Shown: positions 1 through 9,343 of the stretch, piece after piece
How the letters are laid out: every line of letters begins with the position of its first letter
How positions within the stretch are numbered: the first letter of the stretch is position 1
IMG/VR virus record: IMGVR_UViG_3300009164_003518
Coordinates: 1 to 64,000 of that record
Strand: one strand, 5' to 3'
DNA length: 64,000 bases
Origin: an uncultured virus (IMG/VR IMGVR_UViG_3300009164_003518)
Taxonomy: Duplodnaviria > Heunggongvirae > Uroviricota > Caudoviricetes
Notes under the pieces: generated by a model
The model's input: only the letters and a program-made list of their open reading frames with translations
Database searches by the model: none
What the model was told of the DNA's origin: nothing
Translations under genes and position numbers: made by a program

Positions 1-902
1 CCTTGTGGTCCTACTTGTCCCATTGGGCCTTGCGGTCCTTGCGGCCCAGGTGCAGGGTTAGTAAAGTCAGTGCCTGTTAGTGCTGGGCCTGCTGCCGGTC
101 CAGGAGACACTAATGCATAGTTAGTCACAGGCACAAACGATGTTGCAGATGCATTTGATACTGTGGATCCTAATATTGAATTTTTAACAGTGGCTAATGC
201 ATATCCTGGACAAGTGGGACTTGACAGTGGGTCAGCAATACACGGATCAGGCTTAACTGAATATTTTAAACTGAAGTTTACATTCATAACTTCTGGGCCG
301 TACGGTCCTACCCAATAATTGTTATCTCTACCAACAAATCCATATTGTACATTACCCATAGTTGATGCAGTATAAGGCGTGGCAAATGTTTCGCTAAAAT
401 TAAAAGTAGTCCAATTATACCTTCTATTAGTCTGACTTGTATAATCATAGGCAGCAACTTGATTGCCGCTACTGCCATATAATTTTACATAGGCAGACAA
501 ATAATCCTGAGCACCATTATCCCAACCGTTGCCGTTTTTAGCAGTGAATCCAAAGTTGAATCCGCTAAGTTGCACTCCACTGCCGCCAATAGACAATGCC
601 TTGTTTATGTTGACCACTTGATTTAAGTCTACTGTGCCGTATGAAAAATTAATAACATTAGATCCAGCACCCCACGCACTTACTCGAGGATTAGGGCCGC
701 AATATCCAGGGTCTCCATATGACCAACATGTCAACTGTTGTCCCACACTGCCTGCATTATTCCAGACTGATGTTGTATCCGTGGGACTACCGGTAAAATT
801 TGTTAGATTACCAGTAACAGAGTCAGTTGTTTGACTATTAGAATAACTTGAACACAAGAGCCCCAAGCAGAGCACCAATGCCAACTTTCTTATAAGTGTC
901 AT
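1..902 (-). CDS. Exported/structural protein, truncated by the window edge; carbohydrate-binding-like beta domain followed by G-X-Y collagen-like repeats
   Basis: Manually translated from ATG at 902: MTLIRKLALVLCLGLLCSSYSNSQTT...WVGPYGPEV...DPCIADPLSSPTCPGY...GPQGPQGPMGQVGPQ. Open to base 1, overlaps the upstream gene by 65 bp, and is missing from the ORF track. Confidence 0.75.
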   Translation of the reverse strand, partial: MTLIRKLALVLCLGLLCSSYSNSQTTDSVTGNLTNFTGSPTDTTSVWNNAGSVGQQLTCWSYGDPGYCGPNPRVSAWGAGSNVINFSYGTVDLNQVVNINKALSIGGSGVQLSGFNFGFTAKNGNGWDNGAQDYLSAYVKLYGSSGNQVAAYDYTSQTNRRYNWTTFNFSETFATPYTASTMGNVQYGFVGRDNNYWVGPYGPEVMNVNFSLKYSVKPDPCIADPLSSPTCPGYALATVKNSILGSTVSNASATSFVPVTNYALVSPGPAAGPALTGTDFTNPAPGPQGPQGPMGQVGPQ

Positions 903-2004
903 CTATTTTTGCCTCATCTATTTTTGGTATTTTATCCAAGTTAGCTTCCCACTCAGCTTTGGCTTGTAAACCAATCTTACCTTCGTATGGGCAAGGAGTG
1001 CCAGCAGCCAACATAGCGTCAAAAACACGACGATCTTGACACATAGTAGCAACTGCGGCTACCTTCATACCCATATCATACAATGTTTTACTTAACTTTA
1101 GTCGTTCACAATTCATATCGCGAACTGTTCCGCCGCCACTTACACCAAATATTTGTGTTTGTATACTTCCGCTTGTTCCTGTTGAGCATAAGTCGGCATT
1201 GCCGCCGCTCATCATTGCTGGGGCAACTGACGTAGGAGGAGGTTGGATTACTCGTTGTGTTATTTCAGTTTTGTTAATGTTAGTGTTGGTCATTTCACCA
1301 CTGTTAATATTTTGATTAACGTTGGCATTTTGATTAACATTAGTACTGGTGTTAGTGTTATTATTGTTATTAGTCATTGTACCACTATTGGTATTTTGAT
1401 TAATGTTAGTCATTGTACCACTATTAATGTTAGTGTTAGTGTTAGTGTTATTTGAGGTAGAAGTACTGTTATTAATATTACGGTTAGTCATGTCGCCGGT
1501 ATTAACATTATTGTTAGTATTTGTACTGGTACTGACATTATTGTTGTTATAGGTCATTGTACCACTGTTAATGTTATTGTTAGTATTAACATTATTAGAT
1601 GTACTGGTACTGGTACTAATATTACGGTTAGTCATATCACCTGTGTTAACGTTGTTGTTGTTAAATGTTTGCGTACCGCTGTTAATGTTGTTGTTGTTAT
1701 TGTTATTTGTATAGGTAACTGAACCACTCATAACATTGTTGTTATTATTGTTGTTGGTTACTGTGCCACTATTAACGTTGTTGTTGTTATTAGTGTTGGT
1801 TGTGCCACCGCTTAATGCAGTGTTATTGTTAGTAGTGACTGTGCCACTATTAACGTTGTTAGTGTTGATCGTACTGGTACTGGTAGTAGTACTATTAGTG
1901 TCAACCAGAGACTTTGAGTCGTAGGTACCCTGATTGATTAGTGTTTGTGCTTGTGCCGAAAGTGCAAGAAAGGCTATTATGCCCATTATTACTTTTCTTT
2001 TCAT
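838..2004 (-). CDS. Secreted Asn/Thr-rich repeat protein with a Cys-containing C-terminal domain
   Basis: Signal peptide (..ALSAQA), about 220 aa of NNNVNSGTMTN-type repeats, then PPPTSVAP..DLC..CERLKLSK..MCQD..GTPCP. TAAATA lies upstream. Confidence 0.75.
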   Translation of the reverse strand: MKRKVIMGIIAFLALSAQAQTLINQGTYDSKSLVDTNSTTTSTSTINTNNVNSGTVTTNNNTALSGGTTNTNNNNNVNSGTVTNNNNNNNVMSGSVTYTNNNNNNNINSGTQTFNNNNVNTGDMTNRNISTSTSTSNNVNTNNNINSGTMTYNNNNVSTSTNTNNNVNTGDMTNRNINNSTSTSNNTNTNTNINSGTMTNINQNTNSGTMTNNNNNTNTSTNVNQNANVNQNINSGEMTNTNINKTEITQRVIQPPPTSVAPAMMSGGNADLCSTGTSGSIQTQIFGVSGGGTVRDMNCERLKLSKTLYDMGMKVAAVATMCQDRRVFDAMLAAGTPCPYEGKIGLQAKAEWEANLDKIPKIDEAKIDDTYKKVGIGALLGALVFKLF

Positions 2005-2110
2005 GTTTTTCGCTCCATGTGAGAAATTTGTTCACCTATATATTTACGTATAGATTTGCGGAAATTAAACTCCGATGTTATTTTTTTGTTAGGTGTAAAT
2101 TTTTTAACAC

Positions 2111-2248
2111 CTAACGATCATTCGTAGGCTTAGGCGCTCGAACTCGGTCCTTAGATTCTTTCAGTATCTTTTCCGCTAATGGACTGGAGTGATGCGGGTG
2201 CTGCTTTGGGGGTGTTTTAGGTCTTGGCTTATGTTTGAACCAGCTCAT
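2111..2248 (-). CDS. Small basic protein, 45 aa
   Basis: MSWFKHKPRPKTPPKQHPHHSSPLAEKILKESKDRVRAPKPTNDR*, with a GGAG RBS and TAAATA upstream. Below the ORF-track cutoff. Confidence 0.55.
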   Translation of the reverse strand: MSWFKHKPRPKTPPKQHPHHSSPLAEKILKESKDRVRAPKPTNDR

Positions 2249-2314
2249 AAGAAATCTCCCTGTTGTTGCAAATTATTTACAACTCGAGGGAGATGATTTA
2301 TCTACAGCTATTAT

Positions 2315-3988
2315 TTAAGCAATGCCTACTTGCGGGCCAGCTTTACCTTGACTATCGTCAAAATCAATACCACCTGAAATAACTACACTGCTGTCACCAG
2401 ATGTAAGCATGTCACCTGAGTTAATAACTGTGTAGTTGCCGTTAGTTGGGTTAAGAACTAAGATAATGCCAACATTGTCAGTTTGGCTGTAAATTTGATA
2501 CCATGCGGCTGTTAGAATTGTTTTAAACTTTTCGTAGTCAATAGTACCATCTTCATTTGGAATACTTGCAATCATTTCTTCGTCAAAGAATGGTCTTCCT
2601 TTTTCTGAAACAACTGCTCCTACCGCAGTGATTAAAAATTCTGCCACAGCACCTTGTGGATTTACGCCGCGCTTGCCTTGTAGACCTGGCGGTACTTGTG
2701 CATTAAAACTATCAAACCATTTAGGGCTTGTCATGCTTGTATGCTTAACAGAGCCAGTTTCTTTTGTCTTGCCTGTACCTACTTTAGTTTTCACACCTTT
2801 AACAGTTTTGTACTTAAATTCTTCGCTAAAGTTTTTACCAATGCTATTGGGATCAACACCTGCTGTGTCGCATAGTTTTTTTAGTGCAGGTATAAATGTT
2901 TTCTTACCAGCAGAACCTGCAAGGACTCCGCTACCGCCTAATCGACCACCACTGTTAGCGTTACGGCTGGCCTTAACTTCAACATCAACTGAATTACCGG
3001 TTGCATCAACACTGCTTAGATCGCCTTTGCCTTTAGATTTTGAAACTGGTTTGCAAAGAATGGATAATCCAAGTTCACCTGGACCCCAGGCGCCACCGCC
3101 TTGGCCTGCGTCTAACGCTAATAGCTTATCAAATATTTTTTCGTATATGTATGCTAAGTCGGGATCAGTAATTAGTAATGCAATATTTCCTTCTTTAAGA
3201 TTAAGCAAATCATTAAACTCAACAATACCAGTCTCACATTGTTTCATAAAGTTTAAAATTTTAGGACTTTCTTTTTTAAAATTTCTTAAGTTAGGAGGTT
3301 GGTCTTTAAATCCCAAATCTTGGAAAATGTTTTCTAATGGGTATAGCAACTTTTGATAAAGTGCAGTTTGTGTAGGTTTTGGACGAGTATTGTTCTCATC
3401 ACGCTCACCTACACGTTTTGATTCATTAGAATACCAAACACGTAATTGATCTAATATACCCACTGCTTTACCTGCTAACAAGTCAGCAGATTCTTTAACT
3501 TGTTTAAAGAATTGATCTACAGTTACTAATGCTTCTGTACCGCCAGCAGTAAATGATTTCTTAACAGCACTAACATGTCCTTTGTGAATCATTCTCATAG
3601 AGTCTCGTAATGCTGGATCAGTACGCAAATTTGATAACATTTTTGCAGCAGCTTTGGGATCGCTCATCAATGCAACAAATGATTCGTACCACGGTTCGTC
3701 GCCTGCTTCGACTGCTTCTGCTATTGGTTCTTCTTTAGCTGGCGCAGGTACTTGAGCTACAGGAGCTGGGGTTGTAACTTGCGGTTGAGCTGCTGGTGCA
3801 GCCGGCTCTTCTATCGATTGCTTAGTAGTTGAAACAAGATTCTTAATAACACCCATAGCAACACTATAAAGCGGATCGTTAGGATCAACAATTTCAATAA
3901 TGTTGCTTAGAATCTGAAGATCGTTTTCACCTTTGCCCGTAGGCGGTGCAAACTCTAATAGGATTGATTTAAATTCACTGTATCTCAT
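2315..3988 (-). CDS. Probable capsid-internal protein with a PD-(D/E)xK-like nuclease core
   Basis: N-terminus MRYSEFKSILLE; GPGE..KGDL..VEVKAS motif; TAAATA at 3996-4001. Confidence 0.5.
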   Translation of the reverse strand: MRYSEFKSILLEFAPPTGKGENDLQILSNIIEIVDPNDPLYSVAMGVIKNLVSTTKQSIEEPAAPAAQPQVTTPAPVAQVPAPAKEEPIAEAVEAGDEPWYESFVALMSDPKAAAKMLSNLRTDPALRDSMRMIHKGHVSAVKKSFTAGGTEALVTVDQFFKQVKESADLLAGKAVGILDQLRVWYSNESKRVGERDENNTRPKPTQTALYQKLLYPLENIFQDLGFKDQPPNLRNFKKESPKILNFMKQCETGIVEFNDLLNLKEGNIALLITDPDLAYIYEKIFDKLLALDAGQGGGAWGPGELGLSILCKPVSKSKGKGDLSSVDATGNSVDVEVKASRNANSGGRLGGSGVLAGSAGKKTFIPALKKLCDTAGVDPNSIGKNFSEEFKYKTVKGVKTKVGTGKTKETGSVKHTSMTSPKWFDSFNAQVPPGLQGKRGVNPQGAVAEFLITAVGAVVSEKGRPFFDEEMIASIPNEDGTIDYEKFKTILTAAWYQIYSQTDNVGIILVLNPTNGNYTVINSGDMLTSGDSSVVISGGIDFDDSQGKAGPQVGIA

Positions 3989-3998
3989 AGTGTAATAT

Positions 3999-4679
3999 TT
4001 AGCGTATTTCCGGGAAGAGACATTCCTGTACGAACACTGTTACATCTTCTTCGCTAAGGCCTAAGCTAACCATAACTTTAGGTGTGTGCGGATTTTGCTT
4101 TTGATTTTGTGCATAGTAGTTCTGTGCTGCCGATGTATCTACAGCAGTGTTATTAGTTTCGCCTACACATTCTGTATAGTGATTTACTAAAATACTTGCT
4201 AAAGATGCTATCTGCTTTAGTTCGCTTTCATCACTAACGTTTCCGGCTGCTACCATATTTTTACTAAAAATACGCTGAGCCCATTCTGGTAATGCACGTT
4301 GTTTGTTCCATTCGTAACGACTGACTTCATCGCCGAAGTATTCAATCATAGGATGTGCTGTGTCGCCTGCTGGGCTGTAGTCAATAAAACAACCGGTAAT
4401 CTTGTTTTTACCTGCGATTACGTCAAAGCCGAATATCGGAGCAGGATTATGCGTATGTGGGAAAATACAACAATGCATCATCCAAAGACCTTTAGTGTCA
4501 CGAGCGTCTACAATATCGATGTGTGCTCGTCTATACAATTCGCCTGAATACACGCGGTTAACCCAACCGGGTTGGTTAAATCGATCCATTCCGGGCTCAT
4601 TAACTAATGTGCCCGTTTTCTCAAAAGTCTGTTCGAATTTTTCAGCAATATCTTGCAGTGTTTCCCAAACGTTACTCAT
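3999..4679 (-). CDS. pcyX: Ferredoxin-dependent bilin reductase, PcyX/PcyA family
   Basis: RRAHIDIVD, WMMHCCIFP and PIFGFDVIAG (catalytic His/Asp pair; Asp at the position of PcyA Glu76), LPEWAQRIFS, YAQNQKQNPHT. Overlaps the heme oxygenase gene. Confidence 0.88.
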   Translation of the reverse strand: MSNVWETLQDIAEKFEQTFEKTGTLVNEPGMDRFNQPGWVNRVYSGELYRRAHIDIVDARDTKGLWMMHCCIFPHTHNPAPIFGFDVIAGKNKITGCFIDYSPAGDTAHPMIEYFGDEVSRYEWNKQRALPEWAQRIFSKNMVAAGNVSDESELKQIASLASILVNHYTECVGETNNTAVDTSAAQNYYAQNQKQNPHTPKVMVSLGLSEEDVTVFVQECLFPEIR

Positions 4680-5211
4680 TTCCTAATACTTTCATTAATT
4701 TAATTGCCCATTCAAATGCAACACGGGCTTCGTCGCCAAGGTCGTCTGTAAGCTCTGCACGAATGGCTGCTTTTAAATTATGTGCATCCTTGAATTCGTA
4801 GAACTTACCAGAGCCTGGGCATTTTTTAGCAATGATCTGTCCGCCAAATAAATCGCCCATATGACGGCAGTATAGGTGTGCCTTAACTAAGTGTTTACGA
4901 GAGTCGTCGTAATTTAGTGCTAACAAATACTGGTAGTATTCAATGGTTGCAGGCAGCCATCTAAGTTGATGGTGCGGCCCAACTAATTCTATACAGTCTT
5001 GATATATCTTATGTGTACGTTCAATGTCTGGTAAGTTTTTTAACATACCTTGACTATTTGCCGCAGTTTCAATGCCGTTGTATACTAATACCATTTGCCA
5101 AAGATAGTTAGCATACTCTTCTTTAGAAAAGGTTCCGCCAACTAACTTTTTAGCAAATAAAGTTTCTTCTGCTTTTTGATGTAGATCGTGTGTAATGTCT
5201 CGTAAGCTCAT
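4672..5211 (-). CDS. hemO: Heme oxygenase
   Basis: THDLHQKAE (proximal His) and AHLYCRHMGDLFGGQII (distal helix). Confidence 0.92.
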   Translation of the reverse strand: MSLRDITHDLHQKAEETLFAKKLVGGTFSKEEYANYLWQMVLVYNGIETAANSQGMLKNLPDIERTHKIYQDCIELVGPHHQLRWLPATIEYYQYLLALNYDDSRKHLVKAHLYCRHMGDLFGGQIIAKKCPGSGKFYEFKDAHNLKAAIRAELTDDLGDEARVAFEWAIKLMKVLGNE

Positions 5212-5510
5212 TCTTCTTCCATTTTAATTTGGAGTGGGAAACCACTTGCTCGGGCAAGCTGGGTAGCTTCGACTGCTTTTACTTCTGCAATTTCGAAACT
5301 GTAAACTCCAGCAATTCCACTACCAGTACTATGTATCTGTATTGTAATATCTTTAGCTGTTTCTTGAGTGTGCTTAAAAATATCGGTTAAGATTCCAACT
5401 ACAAAATCCATAGGAGTAGTATCGTCGTTGATGAGAACTACTTTCCAACGTTTAGGTTCTTGAATCTTTTGTTTGATTTTATCGTCAATTTGAATTTCAG
5501 ATGTAGGCAT
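5208..5510 (-). CDS. clpS: ATP-dependent Clp protease adaptor ClpS
   Basis: KVVLINDDTTPMDFVV..IHSTGSGIAG..GFPLQIKME. Confidence 0.95.
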   Translation of the reverse strand: MPTSEIQIDDKIKQKIQEPKRWKVVLINDDTTPMDFVVGILTDIFKHTQETAKDITIQIHSTGSGIAGVYSFEIAEVKAVEATQLARASGFPLQIKMEEE

Positions 5511-5525
5511 AGTTATACTCTCTTT

Positions 5526-5550
5526 AAAAAGGGAGAAGTTGCCTCCTCCC
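5526..5550 (-). terminator. Rho-independent terminator after hsp20
   Basis: GGGAGGAG-GCAA-CTTCTCCC followed by a T run on the minus strand. Confidence 0.7.
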
Positions 5551-5563
5551 GTATTATTTACAT

Positions 5564-5998
5564 TTATTTTACTTCAATTCTTCGAGGCTTAAGAGCGTCG
5601 GGAATTATAAGTGTAAGTTTAATATGAAGGATGCCGTTAGTCAACAATACGTCGCCCACTTCCATATACTGCGGAATAGTAAAGGCTCTTTCAAAGTTTC
5701 TTGCGGCGAGGCCTCGATGTATGTATTGAGCATCACTGTTTTCTATTTCAGGCTTGTAACCCTTAATAATTAACTGATCCTGGTCAACCTCGACTGATAT
5801 ATCAGGCTTGTCAAATCCTGCAACTGCAATCTCAATTTCGTAGTGTGTATCGTCAAATTTGAGTATATTGAACGGAGGGTAATTGATGTTGTTACCAATT
5901 CCTTTTGATTCGATGTTATTGAAAATACGATCAAATCCGATCAATGCTCTACTTAAATGGGCAAGAGCTGCCGCATCAATAGTTCTTAATTGTGTCAT
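5564..5998 (-). CDS. ibpA: Small heat shock protein (IbpA/Hsp20)
   Basis: IGFDRIF..NYPPFNI..EIAVAGF..YIHRGLAARNFERAF..NGILHI..KPRRIEV. Confidence 0.95.
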   Translation of the reverse strand: MTQLRTIDAAALAHLSRALIGFDRIFNNIESKGIGNNINYPPFNILKFDDTHYEIEIAVAGFDKPDISVEVDQDQLIIKGYKPEIENSDAQYIHRGLAARNFERAFTIPQYMEVGDVLLTNGILHIKLTLIIPDALKPRRIEVK

Positions 5999-6050
5999 TT
6001 TATTTCTCCTTAATAAGCAAGAACTGCGTAGGGCCCCGAAGGCGCCCTAC
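5999..6050 (-). promoter_or_regulatory. ROSE-like RNA thermometer leader of hsp20
   Basis: mRNA: GUAGGGCGCC-UUCG-GGGCCCUAC hairpin, then UUCUUGCUUA-U-UAAGGAGAA, in which UUGCU pairs across the SD. Confidence 0.75.
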
Positions 6051-6065
6051 TTTAAAAATACTATC

Positions 6066-7985
6066 TTATTTTCTATCTTTAAAGATTTCTTCAAACTCTG
6101 CGTTTGTTTCAGCGGTGGTAGGTGTCTTACCTTCGTTTTTACTATTTTGTAAATCACCACGGACTTTCATGATTGGTTCTGCTATTTTTACAAGTTCCGT
6201 AGCCGCTTTATTAATTACATCGGTATCTTCACCTGCTAACGCTTCTTCAACTGCTGTTACACCTGCAAGGAATGCATCTCTATCTTCCTGAGTGATTTTA
6301 TCTTTAAACTCTTCACTTTCTTCAACGTCTTTAAGATCAGATTTTAGACTGTTAACCAATGCTTCGGCTTGGTTTCGCTCTTCAATAAGAGTTCGAAGTT
6401 TTTTATCTGACTCTGCATTAGCTTCAGCATCTTGTACCATACGCTCGATTTCTTCTGGTGTAAGACCGCTGTTACCTTGGATGGTAATTTTGTTTTCTTT
6501 ACCAGTTAGTTGATCTTTAGCAGATACATGCATAATACCATTAGCATCAATATCGAGTGTTACTTCAACTTGTGGCTGGCCTCTACGGCTTGGCGTTGGG
6601 ATCCCTTCAAGATTAAACTCGCCTAACAATTTGTTATACTGAGTAAACTCACGTTCTCCCTGGAAACATCTAATAGTAACAGCCTGTTGATTATCTTCAG
6701 CAGTTGTAAAATTCTGGCTTGTCTTAGTTGGGATAGTGGAGTTTTTAGCAATTAGCTTTGCCATCACGCCACCTTGGGTTTCAATACCAAGACTCAACGG
6801 AGTAACGTCTAATAGCAATACATCATTACGATCGCCTTTTAATACTGCGCCCTGGATTGCCGCGCCTGCCGCCACAGCTTCGTCTGGATTAACGTCTTTG
6901 CGTGGAGCCTTGCCAAATAGCTTTTCAACAGCTTCTTGCACCTTGGGCATACGTGTCATACCACCAACAAGAATAACATCACTGATGTCAGATGCTTGTA
7001 AGCCTGCGTCTGCTAATGCTGTACGGCATGGAGCCAAAGATCTCTGAATCAATGCATCTACTAAACTTTCAAATTTAGATCGGCTAATAGTAACATTTAA
7101 GTGCTTAGGTCCTGTGGCGTCAGCTGTGATATATGGTAAATTCACTGATGTGCTCTGTGTACTTGACAATTCAATCTTGGCTTTTTCAGCGGCTTCTTTC
7201 AAACGCTGTAATGCCAACATATCCTTAGTTAAGTCGATGCCTTGTTCTTTCTTGAACTCATCAACGATGTAATCCATAATACGTTGGTCAAAGTCTTCGC
7301 CGCCAAGGAATGTATCACCATTGGTAGACATTACTTCAATTTGTTTGTCGCCCTCAACTTCTGAAATTTCAATAATAGAAATATCAAATGTTCCGCCGCC
7401 AAGATCATAAACTGCAATCTTGCAGTCTGTTTTTTCTTGTTTGTCAACACCATAGGCAAGTGCGGCCGCTGTTGGCTCGTTGATAATACGCAGAACGTCA
7501 AGTCCTGCAATTTTGCCAGCATCTTTTGTTGCCTGTCTCTGGCTATCATTAAAGTATGCAGGAACAGTAATAACTGCTTCAGTTACTGCATAACCAAGAT
7601 AGTCTTCTGCAGTCTGTTTCATTTTACGTAAAACTTCCGCTGAGATTTGTGGCGGTGCTAATTCTTTATCATTAACCTTAACCCATGCATCGCCGTTTTC
7701 AGCTTCTATAATAGTGTATGGCATTAGGCCAATATCTTTCTGTACAGCTTCTTCTTTGAATTTACGACCAATTAAACGCTTTGATGCGTAGATTGTGTTT
7801 TTTGGGTTAGTGACTGCTTGTCGTTTTGCTGTTGCACCTACAAGAATTTCCGTATCTGTATATGCAATGATTGAGGGTGTTGTACGTGCGCCTTCGCTAT
7901 TTTCAATAACTTTAGTAACGCCATTTTCAATAATGGCTACACACGAATTTGTTGTACCGAGATCGATACCGATGACTTTGCTCAT
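6066..7985 (-). CDS. dnaK: Molecular chaperone DnaK (Hsp70)
   Basis: [45 protein letters not shown]; full length, 639 aa. Confidence 0.99.
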   Translation of the reverse strand: MSKVIGIDLGTTNSCVAIIENGVTKVIENSEGARTTPSIIAYTDTEILVGATAKRQAVTNPKNTIYASKRLIGRKFKEEAVQKDIGLMPYTIIEAENGDAWVKVNDKELAPPQISAEVLRKMKQTAEDYLGYAVTEAVITVPAYFNDSQRQATKDAGKIAGLDVLRIINEPTAAALAYGVDKQEKTDCKIAVYDLGGGTFDISIIEISEVEGDKQIEVMSTNGDTFLGGEDFDQRIMDYIVDEFKKEQGIDLTKDMLALQRLKEAAEKAKIELSSTQSTSVNLPYITADATGPKHLNVTISRSKFESLVDALIQRSLAPCRTALADAGLQASDISDVILVGGMTRMPKVQEAVEKLFGKAPRKDVNPDEAVAAGAAIQGAVLKGDRNDVLLLDVTPLSLGIETQGGVMAKLIAKNSTIPTKTSQNFTTAEDNQQAVTIRCFQGEREFTQYNKLLGEFNLEGIPTPSRRGQPQVEVTLDIDANGIMHVSAKDQLTGKENKITIQGNSGLTPEEIERMVQDAEANAESDKKLRTLIEERNQAEALVNSLKSDLKDVEESEEFKDKITQEDRDAFLAGVTAVEEALAGEDTDVINKAATELVKIAEPIMKVRGDLQNSKNEGKTPTTAETNAEFEEIFKDRK

Positions 7986-8040
7986 AATAGTTTCTCCTTA
8001 GTTAAGCAAGAATTTGTAGGCCCTTACGGCGCTCTACAAA
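7986..8040 (-). promoter_or_regulatory. ROSE-like RNA thermometer leader of dnaK
   Basis: mRNA: UUUGUAGAGCGCC-GUAA-GGGCCUACAAA hairpin, then UUCUUGCUUA-AC-UAAGGAGAA. Same architecture as the hsp20 leader. Confidence 0.72.
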
Positions 8041-8045
8041 TTTAT

Positions 8046-8630
8046 TTATCTTTTTCCACTTAACGGTGTGATTAATGTACCGTCAAATTTTGTAGTGCCT
8101 TGTAGTGTTTTAAACACATTCTGCACTCCTACTGCTTGATTCCACGCATCTTCAAGAGCATGGTGTTTTAGTACGGGAGGCCTGTTAGGATTGATACCAA
8201 TATCAAACAGTGTACGGGTATCACGAACTTCCCAAAAACTCCACGGAATTGCTTTGCCGATTTTACGAAAAATATGCTCACAAATAACAATATCAAATGT
8301 TGCACCGTGGCTCCAAACTCGTTTGGCTCCCCAACAGAATTTATAAAGTTGATGCATAGCGTCTACTATATCAACTCTATCAGTTTCTCCAAATGCTTCA
8401 TCTTGGGCTTCTTTGCTTTGATTAGCCCACCAAGCAATTGTATCGTCGTTGGTGACTAAGCCTATTTTGTCGCAACTATCTAAATCAACTCTTGTATAGA
8501 ACTTTGTACATTTTGGATCATTAACATCATCACCGAACGGATCAAACTTAACAGCGCCAATTGTAAGAATGGCAGCATCTGGGGATGTTGCCAAAGTTTC
8601 CAAGTCAATCATAATATCTGTATTTGCCAT
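8046..8630 (-). CDS. 3'-5' exoribonuclease (DEDDh, Rv2179c-like)
   Basis: MIDLETL..ILTIGAVKF..WSHGATFD..RDTRT..HHALEDA. Confidence 0.9.
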   Translation of the reverse strand: MANTDIMIDLETLATSPDAAILTIGAVKFDPFGDDVNDPKCTKFYTRVDLDSCDKIGLVTNDDTIAWWANQSKEAQDEAFGETDRVDIVDAMHQLYKFCWGAKRVWSHGATFDIVICEHIFRKIGKAIPWSFWEVRDTRTLFDIGINPNRPPVLKHHALEDAWNQAVGVQNVFKTLQGTTKFDGTLITPLSGKR

Positions 8631-8657
8631 TATATTCTTTCTTTATTAAGAACTAAC

Positions 8658-8686
8658 ATTATAGCATAATACAGATCATATGTCAA
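8658..8686 (-). promoter_or_regulatory. Consensus sigma70 promoter with extended -10
   Basis: TTGACA-17 nt-TATAAT with TGn before the -10. Confidence 0.85.
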
Positions 8687-8931
8687 TACATTTTCTTAGG
8701 TAGTTCTTGTTCTCTGAGCTTTTTAGCCCAACGACTTTTGGCTGCGGCTGCTTTGCGCTTTCGAGCTGTTGTGGGTTTCTCGTAAAACTCTTTCTTTTGT
8801 AAATCCTTGAGTTTATTACTGTCCTCAATTTTATTTTTGAATTTACGTAGGGCACGATTAACATCGTCACCATCTCTAAGAAATACGGTTGATCCGTATA
8901 ATCTAATTGCGTTATTGTCCTTCATCTTCAT
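8683..8931 (-). CDS. rpsU: Ribosomal protein bS21
   Basis: VNRALRKFKNKIE..KKEFYEKPTTARKRKAAAAKSR. Confidence 0.92.
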   Translation of the reverse strand: MKMKDNNAIRLYGSTVFLRDGDDVNRALRKFKNKIEDSNKLKDLQKKEFYEKPTTARKRKAAAAKSRWAKKLREQELPKKMY

Positions 8932-9343
8932 CCTCTTCTGGTTCTTCTTTGTCTTTGAATGCTTCTAAAATCCAATCAAGATTAAATATCCTGTTTCTAC
9001 TAATTAGATTCCAGGGCGTTAGCTCATCATTGGTCATATAGTATGCATTTGGTTGTGCTAATATAAAACTAACAAAATTTTTAGTTATCTCATCGCAGTT
9101 GTCAATATCTATAATAACAAAGTCCGAGTTATTGGCTGCATTAAGCATCCAGGCAATATCTACTTCATCTGTGTCATATATGTATACATTTATATCATCA
9201 GGGCAAGCACTAAGTAAAGTCTGAAATTGCATCTTTACTTTAGTGCTGGGTTTTACTAACAGATATCCGGGGTTCAAATTAAACAGCGTATCTGGTGGAG
9301 TGATAAGATTAATTTTTCCTAAGTTCATAAATTCTTTGTGCAA
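8912..9343 (-). CDS. Hypothetical protein
   Basis: Fits the operon; start may be the second Met. Confidence 0.6.
   Translation of the reverse strand: MHKEFMNLGKINLITPPDTLFNLNPGYLLVKPSTKVKMQFQTLLSACPDDINVYIYDTDEVDIAWMLNAANNSDFVIIDIDNCDEITKNFVSFILAQPNAYYMTNDELTPWNLISRNRIFNLDWILEAFKDKEEPEEDEDEGQ

Noticed and set aside
2005..2314. Possible tRNA or ncRNA in the intergenic gap
   Set aside because: No cloverleaf is apparent, and the gap is explained by a 45 aa ORF with an RBS.
2628..3356. 242 aa plus-strand ORF, and similar antisense ORFs over dnaK, nrdA and the tail genes
   Set aside because: Fully antisense to well-supported genes, with no recognisable motifs.
3999..5211. Cyanophage assignment based on the bilin genes
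   Set aside because: The reductase is PcyX-like, ALAS and proteobacterial-type IscU/NrdAB are present, and no psbA or hli genes are seen.
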